Source of the DNA: Eledone cirrhosa
Taxonomy: Eukaryota
NCBI GenBank assembly: GCA_964016885.1
Contig: OZ024748.1
Span: forward strand, 37,324,001-37,388,000
Reading direction: 5' to 3'
Length of the DNA: 64,000 nt
The notes beneath the pieces are model-generated. The model did no database searches. It worked only from the letters and a program-made list of their open reading frames with translations, and was not told the origin of the DNA. The translations under genes and the position numbers were made by a program. Position 1 is the first letter of the stretch. Each line of letters starts with the position of its first letter. Below are positions 28,401 through 43,400 of the stretch, piece after piece.

Positions 28401-31400
28401 TGTTAACAACCTCTAGATCTACTATGACAATGTCAGTGTCAGTGTTAACTACCACTAGATCTAGTATGACAATGTCAGAGTTAACTACCTCTAGATGTAA
28501 TATGACAATGTCAGTGTCAGTGTTAACTACCTCTAGATCTAGTATGACAATGTCAGTGTCAGTGTTAACTACCTCTAGATCTAGTGTGACAATGTCAGTG
28601 TCAGTGTTAACTACCTCTAGATCTAGTATGACAATGTCAGTGTCAGTGTTAACTACCTCTAGATCTAGTGTGACAATGTCAGTGTCAGTGTTAACTACCT
28701 CTAGATCTAGTATGACAATGTTAGTGTCAGTGTTAACTATCTCTAGATCTAGTGTGACAATGTTAGTGTCAGTGTTAACTACCTCTAGATATAGTATGAC
28801 AATGTCAGTGTCAGTGTTAACTACCTCTAGATCTAGTGTGACAATGTCAGTGTCAGTGTTAACTACCTCTAGATCTAGTATGACAATGTTAGTGTCAGTG
28901 TTAACTATCTCTAGATCTAGTGTGACAATGTTAGTGTCAGTGTTAACTACCTCTAGATATAGTATGACAATGTCAGTGTCAGTGTTAACTACCTCTAGAT
29001 CTAGTATGACAATGTCAGTGTCAGTGTTAACTACCACAAGATCTAGTGTGACAATGTTAGTGTCAGTGTTAACTACCTCTAGATATAGTATGACAATGTC
29101 AGTGTCAGTGTTTACTACCTCTAGATCTAGTATGACAATGTTAGTGTCAGTGTTAACTACCTCTAGATCTAGTGTGACAATGTTAGTGTCAGTGTTAACT
29201 ACCTCTAGATATAGTATGACAATGTTAGTGTCAGTGTTAACTACCTCTAGATCTAGTATGACAATGTTAGTGTCAGTGTTAACTACCTCTAGATCTAGTA
29301 TGACAATGTTAGTGTCAGTGTTAACTACCTCTAGATCTAGTATGACAATGTCAGTGTCATGGTTAACTACCTCTAGATCTAGTGTGACAATGTTAGTGTC
29401 AGTGTTAACTACCTCTAGATATAGTATGACAATGTCAGTGTCAGTGTTAACTACCTCTAGATCTAGTATGACAATGTCAGTGTCAGTGTTAACTACCTCT
29501 AGATCTAGTATGACAATGTCAGTGTCAGTGTTAACTACCACTAGATCTAGTATGACAATGTCAGTGTCAGTGTTAACTACCACAAGATCTAGTGTGACAA
29601 TGTTAGTGTCAGTGTTAACTACCTCTAGATCTAGTATGACAATGTCAGAGTTAAATACCTCTAGATCTAGTATGACAATGTCAGTGTCAGTGTTAACTAC
29701 CTCTAGATCTAGTATGACAATGTCAGTGTCAGTGTTAACAACCTCTAGATCTACTATGACAATGTCAGTGTCAGTGTTAACTACCACTAGATCTAGTATG
29801 ACAATGTCAGAGTTAACTACCTCTAGATCTAATATGACAATGTCAGTGTCAGTGTTAACTACCTCTAGATCTAGTGTGACAATGTTAGTGTCAGTGTTAA
29901 CTACCTCTAGATCTAGTATGATAATGTTAGTGTCAGTGTTAACTACCACTAGGTCTAGTATGACAATGTCAGTGTCAGTGTTAACTACCTCTAAATCTAG
30001 TATGACAATGTCAGTGTCAGTGTTAACTACCTCTAAATCTAGTATGACAATGTCAGTGTCAGTGTTAACTACCTCTAGATCTAGTATGACAATGTTAGTG
30101 TCAGTGTTAACTACCACTAGATCTAGTATGACAATGTCAGTGTCAGTGTTAACTACCTCTAGATCTAGTATGACAATGTTAGTGTCAGTGTTAACTACCT
30201 CTAGATCTAGTATGACAATGTTAGTGTCAGTGTTAACTACCTCTAGATCTAGTGTGACAATGTTAGTGTCAGTGTTAACTACCTCTAGATCTAGTATGAC
30301 AATGTCAGTGTCAGTGTTAACTATCTCTAGATCTAGTATGACAATGTCAGTGTCAGGGTTAATTACCTCTAGATCTAGTATGACAATGTTAGTGTCAGTG
30401 TTAACTACCACTAGATCTAGTATGACAATGTCAGTGTCAGTGTTAACTACCTCTAGATCTAGTGTGACAATGTTAGTGTCAGTGTTAACTACCACTAGGT
30501 CTAGTATGACAATGTCAGTGTCAGTGTTAACTACCTCTAGATCTAGTATGACAATGTTAGTGTCAGTGTTAACTACCTCTAGATCTAGTGTGACAATGTC
30601 AGTGTCAGTGTTAACTACCTCTAGATCTAGTATGATAATGTTAGTGTCAGTGTTAACTATCTCTAGATCTAGTGTGACAATGTTAGTGTCAGTGTTAACT
30701 ACCTCTAGATATAGTATGACAACGTCAGTGTCAGTGTTAACTACCTCTAGATCTAGTATGACGATGTCAGTGTCAGTGTTAACTACCACAAGATCTAGTG
30801 TTACAATGTTAGTGTCAGTGTTAACTACCTCTAGATATAGTATGACAATGTCATGGTCAGTGTTTACTACCTCTAGATCTAGTGTGACAATGTTAGTGTC
30901 AGTGTTAACTATCTCTAGATCTAGTGTGACAATGTTAGTGTCAGTGTTAACTACCTCTAGATATAGTATGACAACGTCAGTGTCAGTGTTAACTACCTCT
31001 AGATCTAGTATGACGATGTCAGTGTCAGTGTTAACTACCACAAGATCTAGTGTTACAATGTTAGTGTCAGTGTTAACTACCTCTAGATATAGTATGACAA
31101 TGTCATGGTCAGTGTTTACTACCTCTAGATCTAGTGTGACAATGTTAGTGTCAGAGTTAACTACCTCTAGATATAGTATGACAATGTCAGTGTCAGTGTT
31201 AACTACCTCTAGATCTAGTATGACAATGTCAGTGTCAGTGTTAACTACCTCTAGATCTAGTATTACAATGTCAGTGTCAGTGTTAACTACCACTAGATCT
31301 AGTATGACAATGTCAGTGTCACTGTTAACTACCTCTAGATCTAGTGTGACAATGTTAGTGTTAGTGTTAACTACCACTAGATCTAGTGTGACAATGTTAG

Positions 31401-34400
31401 TGTCAGTGTTAACTACCTCTAGATATAGTATGACAATGTCAGTGTCAGTGTTAACTACCTCTAGATCTAGTATGACAATGTCAGTGTCAGTGTTAACTAC
31501 CTCTAGATCTAGTATAACAATGTCAGTGTCAGTGTTAACTACCACTAGATCTAGTATGACAATGTCAGTGTCACTGTTAACTACCTCTAGATCTAGTGTG
31601 ACAATGTCAGTGTCAGTGTTAACTACCTCTAGATCTAGTGTGACAATGTCAGTGTTAGTGTTAACTACCTCTAGATCTAGTATGACAATGTTAGTGTCAG
31701 TGTTAACTATCTCTAGATCTAGTGTGACAATGTTAGTGTCAGTGTTAACAGCCTCTAGATATAGTATGACAATGTCAGTGTTAACTACCTCTCGATCTAG
31801 TATGACAATGTCAGTGTCAGTGTTAACTACCACAAGATCTAGTGTGACAATGTTAGTGTCAGTGTTAACTACCTCTAGATATAGTATGACAATGTCAGTG
31901 TCAGTGTTTACTACCTCTAGATCTAGTATGACAATGTTAGTGTCAGTGTTAACTACCTCTAGATCGAGTGTCACAATGTTAGTGTCAGTGTTAACTACCT
32001 CTAGATATAGTATGACAATGTCAGTGTCAGTGTTAACTACCTCTAGATCTAGTATGACAATGTCAGTGTCAGTGTTAACTACCACTAGATCTAGTATGAC
32101 AATGTCAGTGTCAGTGTTAACTACCACAATATCTAGTGTGACAATGTTAGTGTCAGTGTTAACTACCTCTAGATCTAGTATGACAATGTCAGAGTTAACT
32201 ACCTCTAGATCTAGTATGACAATGTCAGTGTCAGTGTTAACTACCTCTAGATCTAGTATGACAATGTCAGTGTCAGTGTTAACAACCTCTAGATCTACTA
32301 TGACAATGTCAGTGTCAGTGTTAACTACCACTAGATCTAGTATGACAATGTCAGAGTTAACTACCTCTAGATCTAATATGACAATGTCAGTGTCAGTGTT
32401 AACTACCTCTAGATCTAGTGTGACAATGTTAGTGTCAGTGTTAACTACCTCTAGATCTAGTATGATAATGTTAGTGTCAGTGTTAACTACCACTAGGTCT
32501 AGTATGACAATGTCAGTGTCAGTGTTAACTACCTCTAAATCTAGTATGACAATGTCAGTGTCAGTGTTAACTACCTCTAAATCTAGTATGACAATGTCAG
32601 TGTCAGTGTTAACTACCTCTAGATCTAGTATGACAATGTTAGTGTCAGTGTTAACTACCACTAGATCTAGTATGACAATGTCAGTGTCAGTGTTAACTAC
32701 CTCTAGATCTAGTATGACAATGTTAGTGTCAGTGTTAACTACCTCTAGATCTAGTATGACAATGTTAGTGTCAGTGTTAACTACCTCTAGATCTAGTGTG
32801 ACAATGTTAGTGTCAGTGTTAACTACCTCTAGATCTAGTATGACAATGTCAGTGTCAGTGTTAACTATCTCTAGATCTAGTATGACAATGTCAGTGTCAG
32901 GGTTAATTACCTCTAGATCTAGTATGACAATGTTAGTGTCAGTGTTAACTACCACTAGATCTAGTATGACAATGTCAGTGTCAGTGTTAACTACCTCTAG
33001 ATCTAGTGTGACAATGTTAGTGTCAGTGTTAACTACCACTAGGTCTAGTATGACAATGTCAGTGTCAATGTTAACTACCTCTAGATCTAGTATGACAATG
33101 TTAGTGTCAGTGTTAACTACCTCTAGATCTAGTGTGACAATGTCAGTGTCAGTGTTAACTACCTCTAGATCTAGTATGATAATGTTAGTGTCAGTGTTAA
33201 CTATCTCTAGATCTAGTGTGACAATGTTAGTGTCAGTGTTAACTACCTCTAGATATAGTATGACAACGTCAGTGTCAGTGTTAACTACCTCTAGATCTAG
33301 TATGACGATGTCAGTGTCAGTGTTAACTACCACAAGATCTAGTGTTACAATGTTAGTGTCAGTGTTAACTACCTCTAGATATAGTATGACAATGTCATGG
33401 TCAGTGTTTACTACCTCTAGATCTAGTGTGACAATGTTAGTGTCAGTGTTAACTATCTCTAGATCTAGTGTGACAATGTTAGTGTCAGTGTTAACTACCT
33501 CTAGATATAGTATGACAACGTCAGTGTCAGTGTTAACTACCTCTAGATCTAGTATGACGATGTCAGTGTCAGTGTTAACTACCACAAGATCTAGTGTTAC
33601 AATGTTAGTGTCAGTGTTAACTAACTCTAGATATAGTATGACAATGTCATGGTCAGTGTTTACTACCTCTAGATCTAGTGTGACAATGTTAGTGTCAGTG
33701 TTAACTACCTCTAGATATAGTATGACAATGTCAGTGTCAGTGTTAACTACCTCTAGATCTAGTATGACAATGTCAGTGTCAGTGTTAACTACCTCTAGAT
33801 CTAGTATGACAATGTCAGTGTCAGTGTTAACTACCACTAGATCTAGTATGACAATGTCAGTGTCACTGTTAACTACCTCTAGATCTAGTGTGACAATGTT
33901 AGTGTTAGTGTTAACTACCACTAGATCTAGTGTGACAATGTTAGTGTCAGTGTTAACTACCTCTAGATATAGTATGACAATGTCAGTGTCAGTGTTAACT
34001 ACCTCTAGATCTAGTATGACAATGTCAGTGTCAGTGTTAACTACCTCTAGATCTAGTATAACAATGTCAGTGTCAGTGTTAACTACCACTAGATCTAGTA
34101 TGACAATGTCAGTGTCACTGTTAACTACCTCTAGATCTAGTGTGACAATGTCAGTGTCAGTGTTAACTACCTCTAGATCTAGTGTGACAATGTCAGTGTT
34201 AGTGTTAACTACCTCTAGATCTAGTATGACAATGTTAGTGTCAGTGTTAACTATCTCTAGATCTAGTGTGACAATGTTAGTGTCAGTGTTAACAGCCTCT
34301 AGATATAGTATGACAATGTCAGTGTTAACTACCTCTCGATCTAGTATGACAATGTCAGTGTCAGTGTTAACTACCTCTAGATCTAGTATGACAATGTCAG

Positions 34401-37400
34401 TGTCAGTGTTAACAACCTCTAGATCTACTATGACAATGTCAGTGTCAGTGTTAACTACCACTAGATCTAGTATGACAATGTCAGAGTTAACTACCTCTAG
34501 ATCTAATATGACAATGTCAGTGTCAGTGTTAACTACCTCTAGATCTAGTGTGACAATGTTAGTGTCAGTGTTAACTACCTCTAGATCTAGTATGATAATG
34601 TTAGTGTCAGTGTTAACTACCACTAGGTCTAGTATGACAATGTCAGTGTCAGTGTTAACTACCTCTAAATCTAGTATGACAATGTCAGTGTCAGTGTTAA
34701 CTACCTCTAAATCTAGTATGACAATGTCAGTGTCAGTGTTAACTACCTCTAGATCTAGTATGACAATGTTAGTGTCAGTGTTAACTACCACTAGATCTAG
34801 TATGACAATGTCAGTGTCAGTGTTAACTACCTCTAGATCTAGTATGACAATGTTAGTGTCAGTGTTAACTACCTCTAGATCTAGTATGACAATGTTAGTG
34901 TCAGTGTTAACTACCTCTAGATCTAGTGTGACAATGTTAGTGTCAGTGTTAACTACCTCTAGATCTAGTATGACAATGTCAGTGTCAGTGTTAACTATCT
35001 CTAGATCTAGTATGACAATGTCAGTGTCAGGTTTAATTACCTCTAGATCTAGTATGACAATGTTAGTGTCAGTGTTAACTACCACTAGATCTAGTATGAC
35101 AATGTCAGTGTCAGTGTTAACTACCTCTAGATCTAGTGTGACAATGTTAGTGTCAGTGTTAACTACCACTAGGTCTAGTATGACAATGTCAGTGTCAGTG
35201 TTAACTACCTCTAGATCTAGTATGACAATGTTAGTGTCAGTGTTAACTACCTCTAGATCTAGTGTGACAATGTCAGTGTCAGTGTTAACTACCTCTAGAT
35301 CTAGTATGATAATGTTAGTGTCAGTGTTAACTATCTCTAGATCTAGTGTGACAATGTTAGTGTCAGTGTTAACTACCTCTAGATATAGTATGACAACGTC
35401 AGTGTCAGTGTTAACTACCTCTAGATCTAGTATGACGATGTCAGTGTCAGTGTTAACTACCACAAGATCTAGTGTTACAATGTTAGTGTCAGTGTTAACT
35501 ACCTCTAGATATAGTATGACAATGTCATGGTCAGTGTTTACTACCTCTAGATCTAGTGTGACAATGTTAGTGTCAGTGTTAACTATCTCTAGATCTAGTG
35601 TGACAATGTTAGTGTCAGTGTTAACTACCTCTAGATATAGTATGACAACGTCAGTGTCAGTGTTAACTACCTCTAGATCTAGTATGACGATGTCAGTGTC
35701 AGTGTTAACTACCACAAGATCTAGTGTTACAATGTTAGTGTCAGTTTTAACTACCTCTAGATATAGTATGACAATGTCATGGTCAGTGTTTACTACCTCT
35801 AGATCTAGTGTGACAATGTTAGTGTCAGTGTTAACTACCTCTAGATATAGTATGACAATGTCAGTGTCAGTGTTAACTACCTCTAGATCTAGTATGACAA
35901 TGTCAGTGTCAGTGTTAACTACCTCTAGATCTAGTATGACAATGTCAGTGTCAGTGTTAACTACCACTAGATCTAGTATGACAATGTCAGTGTCACTGTT
36001 AACTACCTCTAGATCTAGTGTGACAATGTTAGTGTTAGTGTTAACTACCACTAGATCTAGTGTGACAATGTTAGTGTCAGTGTTAACTACCTCTAGATAT
36101 AGTATGACAATGTCAGTGTCAGTGTTAACTACCTCTAGATCTAGTATGACAATGTCAGTGTCAGTGTTAACTACCTCTAGATCTAGTATAACAATGTCAG
36201 TGTCAGTGTTAACTACCACTAGATCTAGTATGACAATGTCAGTGTCACTGTTAACTACCTCTAGATCTAGTGTGACAATGTCAGTGTCAGTGTTAACTAC
36301 CTCTAGATCTAGTGTGACAATGTCAGTGTTAGTGTTAACTACCTCTAGATCTAGTATGACAATGTTAGTGTTAGTGTTAACTATCTCTAGATCTAGTGTG
36401 ACAATGTTAGTGTCAGTGTTAACAGCCTCTAGATATAGTATGACAATGTCAGTGTTAACTACCTCTCGATCTAGTATGACAATGTCAGTGTCAGTGTTAA
36501 CTACCACAAGATCTAGTGTGACAATGTTAGTGTCAGTGTTAACTACCTCTAGATATAGTATGACAATGTCAGTGTCAGTGTTTACTACCTCTAGATCTAG
36601 TATGACAATGTTAGTGTCAGTGTTAACTACCTCTAGATCGAGTGTCACAATGTTAGTGTCAGTGTTAACTACCTCTAGATATAGTATGACAATGTCAGTG
36701 TCAGTGTTAACTACCTCTAGATCTAGTATGACAATGTCAGTGTCAGTGTTAACTACCACTAGATCTAGTATGACAATGTCAGTGTCAGTGTTAACTACCA
36801 CAAGATCTAGTGTGACAATGTTAGTGTCAGTGTTAACTACCTCTAGATCTAGTATGACAATGTCAGAGTTAACTACCTCTAGATCTAGTATGACAATGTC
36901 AGTGTCAGTGTTAACTACCTCTAGATCTAGTATGACAATGTCAGTGTCAGTGTTAATAACCTCTAGATCTACTATGACAATGTCAGTGTCAGTGTTAACT
37001 ACCACTAGATCTAGTATGACAATGTCAGAGTTAACTACCTCTAGATCTAATATGACAATGTCAGTGTCAGTGTTAACTACCTCTAGATCTAGTGTGACAA
37101 TGTTAGTGTCAGTGTTAACTACCTCTAGATCTAGTATGATAATGTTAGTGTCAGTGTTAACTACCACTAGGTCTAGTATGACAATGTCAGTGTCAGTGTT
37201 AACTACCTCTAAATCTAGTATGACAATGTCAGTGTCAGTGTTAACTACCTCTAGATCTAGTATGACAATGTTAGTGTCAGTGTTAACTACCACTAGATCT
37301 AGTATGACAATGTCAGTGTCAGTGTTAACTACCTCTAGATCTAGTATGATAATGTTAGTGTCAGTGTTAACTATCTCTAGATCTAGTGTGACAATGTTAG

Positions 37401-40400
37401 TGTCAGTGTTAACTACCTCTAGATATAGTATGACAACGTCAGTGTCAGTGTTAACTACCTCTAGATCTAGTATGACAATGTTAGTGTCAGTGTTAACTAC
37501 CTCTAGATCTAGTATGACAATGTTAGTGTCAGTGTTAACTACCTCTAGATCTAGTGTGACAATGTTAGTGTCAGTGTTAACTACCTCTAGATCTAGTATG
37601 ACAATGTCAGTGTCAGTGTTAACTATCTCTAGATCTAGTATGACAATGTCAGTGTCAGGGTTAATTACCTCTAGATCTAGTATGACAATGTTAGTGTCAG
37701 TGTTAACTACCACTAGATCTAGTATGACAATGTCAGTGTCAGTGTTAACTACCTCTAGATCTAGTGTGACAATGTTAGTGTCAGTGTTAACTACCACTAG
37801 GTCTAGTATGACAATGTCAGTGTCAGTGTTAACTACCTCTAGATCTAGTATGACAATGTTAGTGTCAGTGTTAACTACCTCTAGATCTAGTGTGACAATG
37901 TCAGTGTCAGTGTTAACTACCTCTAGATCTAGTATGACAATGTTAGTGTCAGTGTTAACTATCTCTAGATCTAGTGTGACAATGTTAGTGTCAGTGTTAA
38001 CTACCTCTAGATATAGTATGACAACGTCAGTGTCAGTGTTAACTACCTCTAGATCTAGTATGACGATGTCAGTGTCAGTGTTAACTACCACAAGATCTAG
38101 TGTTACAATGTTAGTGTCAGTGTTAACTACCTCTAGATATAGTATGACAATGTCATGGTCAGTGTTTACTACCTCTAGATCTAGTGTGACAATGTTAGTG
38201 TCAGTGTTAACTACCTCTAGATATAGTATGACAATGTCAGTGTCAGTGTTAACTACCTCTAGATCTAGTATGACAATGTCAGTGTCAGTGTTAACTACCT
38301 CTAGATCTAGTATGACAATGTCAGTGTCAGTGTTAACTACCACTAGATCTAGTATGACAATGTCAGTGTCAGTGTTAACTACCACAAGATCTAGTGTGAC
38401 AATGTTAGTGTCAGTGTTAACTACCTCTAGATCTAGTATGACAATGTCAGTGTCAGTGTTAACTACCACTAGATCTAGTATGACAATGTCAGAGTTAACT
38501 ACCTCTAGATCTAGTATGACAATGTCAGTGTCAGTGTTAACAACCTCTAGATCTACTATGACAATGTCAGTGTCAGTGTTAACTACCACTAGATCTAGTA
38601 TGACAATGTCAGAGTTAACTACCTCTAGATGTAATATGACAATGTCAGTGTCAGTGTTAACTACCTCTAGATCTAGTATGACAATGTCAGTGTCAGTGTT
38701 AACTACCTCTAGATCTAGTGTGACAATGTCAGTGTCAGTGTTAACTACCTCTAGATCTAGTATGACAATGTCAGTGTCAGTGTTAACTACCTCTAGATCT
38801 AGTGTGACAATGTCAGTGTCAGTGTTAACTACCTCTAGATCTAGTATGACAATGTTAGTGTCAGTGTTAACTATCTCTAGATCTAGTGTGACAATGTTAG
38901 TGTCAGTGTTAACTACCTCTAGATATAGTATGACAATGTCAGTGTCAGTGTTAACTACCTCTAGATCTAGTGTGACAATGTCAGTGTCAGTGTTAACTAC
39001 CTCTAGATCTAGTATGACAATGTTAGTGTCAGTGTTAACTATCTCTAGATCTAGTGTGACAATGTTAGTGTCAGTGTTAACTACCTCTAGATATAGTATG
39101 ACAATGTCAGTGTCAGTGTTAACTACCTCTAGATCTAGTATGACAATGTCAGTGTCAGTGTTAACTACCACAAGATCTAGTGTGACAATGTTAGTGTCAG
39201 TGTTAACTACCTCTAGATATAGTATGACAATGTCAGTGTCAGTGTTTACTACCTCTAGATCTAGTATGACAATGTTAGTGTCAGTGTTAACTACCTCTAG
39301 ATCTAGTGTGACAATGTTAGTGTCAGTGTTAACTACCTCTAGATATAGTATGACAATGTTAGTGTCAGTGTTAACTACCTCTAGATCTAGTATGACAATG
39401 TTAGTGTCAGTGTTAACTACCTCTAGATCTAGTATGACAATGTTAGTGTCAGTGTTAACTACCTCTAGATCTAGTATGACAATGTCAGTGTCATGGTTAA
39501 CTACCTCTAGATCTAGTGTGACAATGTTAGTGTCAGTGTTAACTACCTCTAGATATAGTATGACAATGTCAGTGTCAGTGTTAACTACCTCTAGATCTAG
39601 TATGACAATGTCAGTGTCAGTGTTAACTACCTCTAGATCTAGTATGACAATGTCAGTGTCAGTGTTAACTACCACTAGATCTAGTATGACAATGTCAGTG
39701 TCAGTGTTAACTACCACAAGATCTAGTGTGACAATGTTAGTGTCAGTGTTAACTACCTCTAGATCTAGTATGACAATGTCAGAGTTAACTACCTCTAGAT
39801 CTAGTATGACAATGTCAGTGTCAGTGTTAACTACCTCTAGATCTAGTATGACAATGTCAGTGTCAGTGTTAACAACCTCTAGATCTAATATGACAATGTC
39901 AGTGTCAGTGTTAACTACCTCTAGATCTAGTGTGACAATGTTAGTGTCAGTGTTAACTACCTCTAGATCTAGTATGATAATGTTAGTGTCAGTGTTAACT
40001 ACCACTAGGTCTAGTATGACAATGTCAGTGTCAGTGTTAACTACCTCTAAATCTAGTATGACAATGTCAGTGTCAGTGTTAACTACCTCTAAATCTAGTA
40101 TGACAATGTCAGTGTCAGTGTTAACTACCTCTAGATCTAGTATGACAATGTTAGTGTCAGTGTTAACTACCACTAGATCTAGTATGACAATGTCAGTGTC
40201 AGTGTTAACTACCTCTAGATCTAGTATGACAATGTTAGTGTCAGTGTTAACTACCTCTAGATCTAGTATGACAATGTTAGTGTCAGTGTTAACTACCTCT
40301 AGATCTAGTGTGACAATGTTAGTGTCAGTGTTAACTACCTCTAGATCTAGTATGACAATGTCAGTGTCAGTGTTAACTATCTCTAGATCTAGTATGACAA

Positions 40401-43400
40401 TGTCAGTGTCAGGGTTAATTACCTCTAGATCTAGTATGACAATGTTAGTGTCAGTGTTAACTACCACTAGATCTAGTATGACAATGTCAGTGTCAGTGTT
40501 AACTACCTCTAGATCTAGTGTGACAATGTTAGTGTCAGTGTTAACTACCACTAGGTCTAGTATGACAATGTCAGTGTCAGTGTTAACTACCTCTAGATCT
40601 AGTATGACAATGTTAGTGTCAGTGTTAACTACCTCTAGATCTAGTGTGACAATGTCAGTGTCAGTGTTAACTACCTCTAGATCTAGTATGATAATGTTAG
40701 TGTCAGTGTTAACTATCTCTAGATCTAGTGTGACAATGTTAGTGTCAGTGTTAACTACCTCTAGATATAGTATGACAACGTCAGTGTCAGTGTTAACTAC
40801 CTCTAGATCTAGTATGACGATGTCAGTGTCAGTGTTAACTACCACAAGATCTAGTGTTACAATGTTAGTGTCAGTGTTAACTACCTCTAGATATAGTATG
40901 ACAATGTCATGGTCAGTGTTTACTACCTCTAGATCTAGTGTGACAATGTTAGTGTCAGTGTTAACTATCTCTAGATCTAGTGTGACAATGTTAGTGTCAG
41001 TGTTAACTACCTCTAGATATAGTATGACAACGTCAGTGTCAGTGTTAACTACCTCTAGATCTAGTATGACGATGTCAGTGTCAGTGTTAACTACCACAAG
41101 ATCTAGTGTTACAATGTTAGTGTCAGTGTTAACTACCTCTAGATATAGTATGACAATGTCATGGTCAGTGTTTACTACCTCTAGATCTAGTGTGACAATG
41201 TTAGTGTCAGTGTTAACTACCTCTAGATATAGTATGACAATGTCAGTGTCAGTGTTAACTACCTCTAGATCTAGTATGACAATGTCAGTGTCAGTGTTAA
41301 CTACCTCTAGATCTAGTATGACAATGTCAGTGTCAGTGTTAACTACCACTAGATCTAGTATGACAATGTCAGTGTCAGTGTTAACTACCACAAGATCTAG
41401 TGTGACAATGTTAGTGTCAGTGTTAACTACCTCTAGATCTAGTATGACAATGTCAGTGTCAGTGTTAACTACCACTAGATCTAGTATGACAATGTCAGAG
41501 TTAACTACCTCTAGATCTAGTATGACAATGTCAGTGTCAGTGTTAACAACCTCTAGATCTACTATGACAATGTCAGTGTCAGTGTTAACTACCACTAGAT
41601 CTAGTATGACAATGTCAGAGTTAACTACCTCTAGATGTAATAAGACAATGTCAGTGTCAGTGTTAACTACCTCTAGATCTAGTATGACAATGTCAGTGTC
41701 AGTGTTAACTACCTCTAGATCTAGTGTGACAATGTCAGTGTCAGTGTTAACTACCTCTAGATCTAGTATGACAATGTCAGTGTCAGTGTTAACTACCTCT
41801 AGATCAAGTGTGACAATGTCAGTGTCAGTGTTAACTACCTCTAGATCTAGTATGACAATGTTAGTGTCAGTGTTAACTATCTCTAGATCTAGTGTGACAA
41901 TGTTAGTGTCAGTGTTAACTACCTCTAGATATAGTATGACAATGTCAGTGTCAGTGTTAACTACCTCTAGATCTAGTGTGACAATGTCAGTGTCAGTGTT
42001 AACTACCTCTAGATCTAGTATGACAATGTTAGTGTCAGTGTTAACTATCTCTAGATCTAGTGTGACAATGTTAGTGTCAGTGTTAACTACCTCTAGATAT
42101 AGTATGACAATGTCAGTGTCAGTGTTAACTACCTCTAGATCTAGTATGACAATGTCAGTGTCAGTGTTAACTACCTCTAGATCTAGTGTGACAATGTTAG
42201 TGTCAGTGTTAACTACCTCTAGATATAGTATGACAATGTTAGTGTCAGTGTTAACTACCTCTAGATCTAGTATGACAATGTTAGTGTCAGTGTTAACTAC
42301 CTCTAGATCTAGTATGACAATGTTAGTGTCAGTGTTAACTACCTCTAGATCTAGTGTGACAATGTTAGTGTCAGTGTTAACTACCTCTAGATATAGTATG
42401 ACACTGTCAGTGTCAGTGTTAACCACCTCTAGATCTAGTATGACAATGTCAGTGTCATGGTTAACTACCTCTAGATCTAGTGTGACAATGTTAGTGTCAG
42501 TGTTAACTACCTCTAGATATAGTATGACAATGTCAGTGTCAGTGTTAACTACCTCTAGATCTAGTATGACAATGTCAGTGTCAGTGTTAACTACCTCTAG
42601 ATCTAGTATGACAATGTCAGTGTCAGTGTTAACTACCACTAGATCTAGTATGACAATGTCAGTGTCAGTGTTAACTACCACAAGATCTAGTGTGACAATG
42701 TTAGTGTCAGTGTTAACTACCTCTAGATATAGAATGACAATGTCAGTGTCAGTGTTAACTACCTCTAGATCTAGTATGACAATGTCAGTGTCAGTGTTAA
42801 CTACCACAAGATCTAGTGTGACAATGTTAGTGTCAGTGTTAACTACCTCTAGATATAGTATGACAATGTCAGTGTCAGTGTTTACTACCTCTAGATCTAG
42901 TATGACAATGTTAGTGTCAGTGTTAACTACCTCTAGATCTAGTGTGACAATGTTAGTGTCAGTGTTAACTACCTCTAGATATAGTATGACAATGTTAGTG
43001 TCAGTGTTAACTACCTCTAGATCTAGTATGACAATGTTAGTGTCAGTGTTAACTACCTCTAGATCTAGTATGACAATGTTAGTGTCAGTGTTAACTACCT
43101 CTAGATCTAGTGTGACAATGTTAGTGTCAGTGTTAACTACCTCTAGATATAGTATGACAATGTTAGTGTCAGTGTTAACTACCTCTAGATCTAGTATGAC
43201 AATGTTAGTGTCAGTGTTAACTACCTCTAGATCTAGTATGACAATGTTAGTGTCAGTGTTAACTACCTCTAGATCTAGTGTGACAATGTTAGTGTCAGTG
43301 TTAACTACCTCTAGATATAGTATGACAATGTCAGTGTCAGTGTTAACTACCTCTAGATCTAGTATGACAATGTCAGTGTCATGGTTAACTACCTCTAGAT

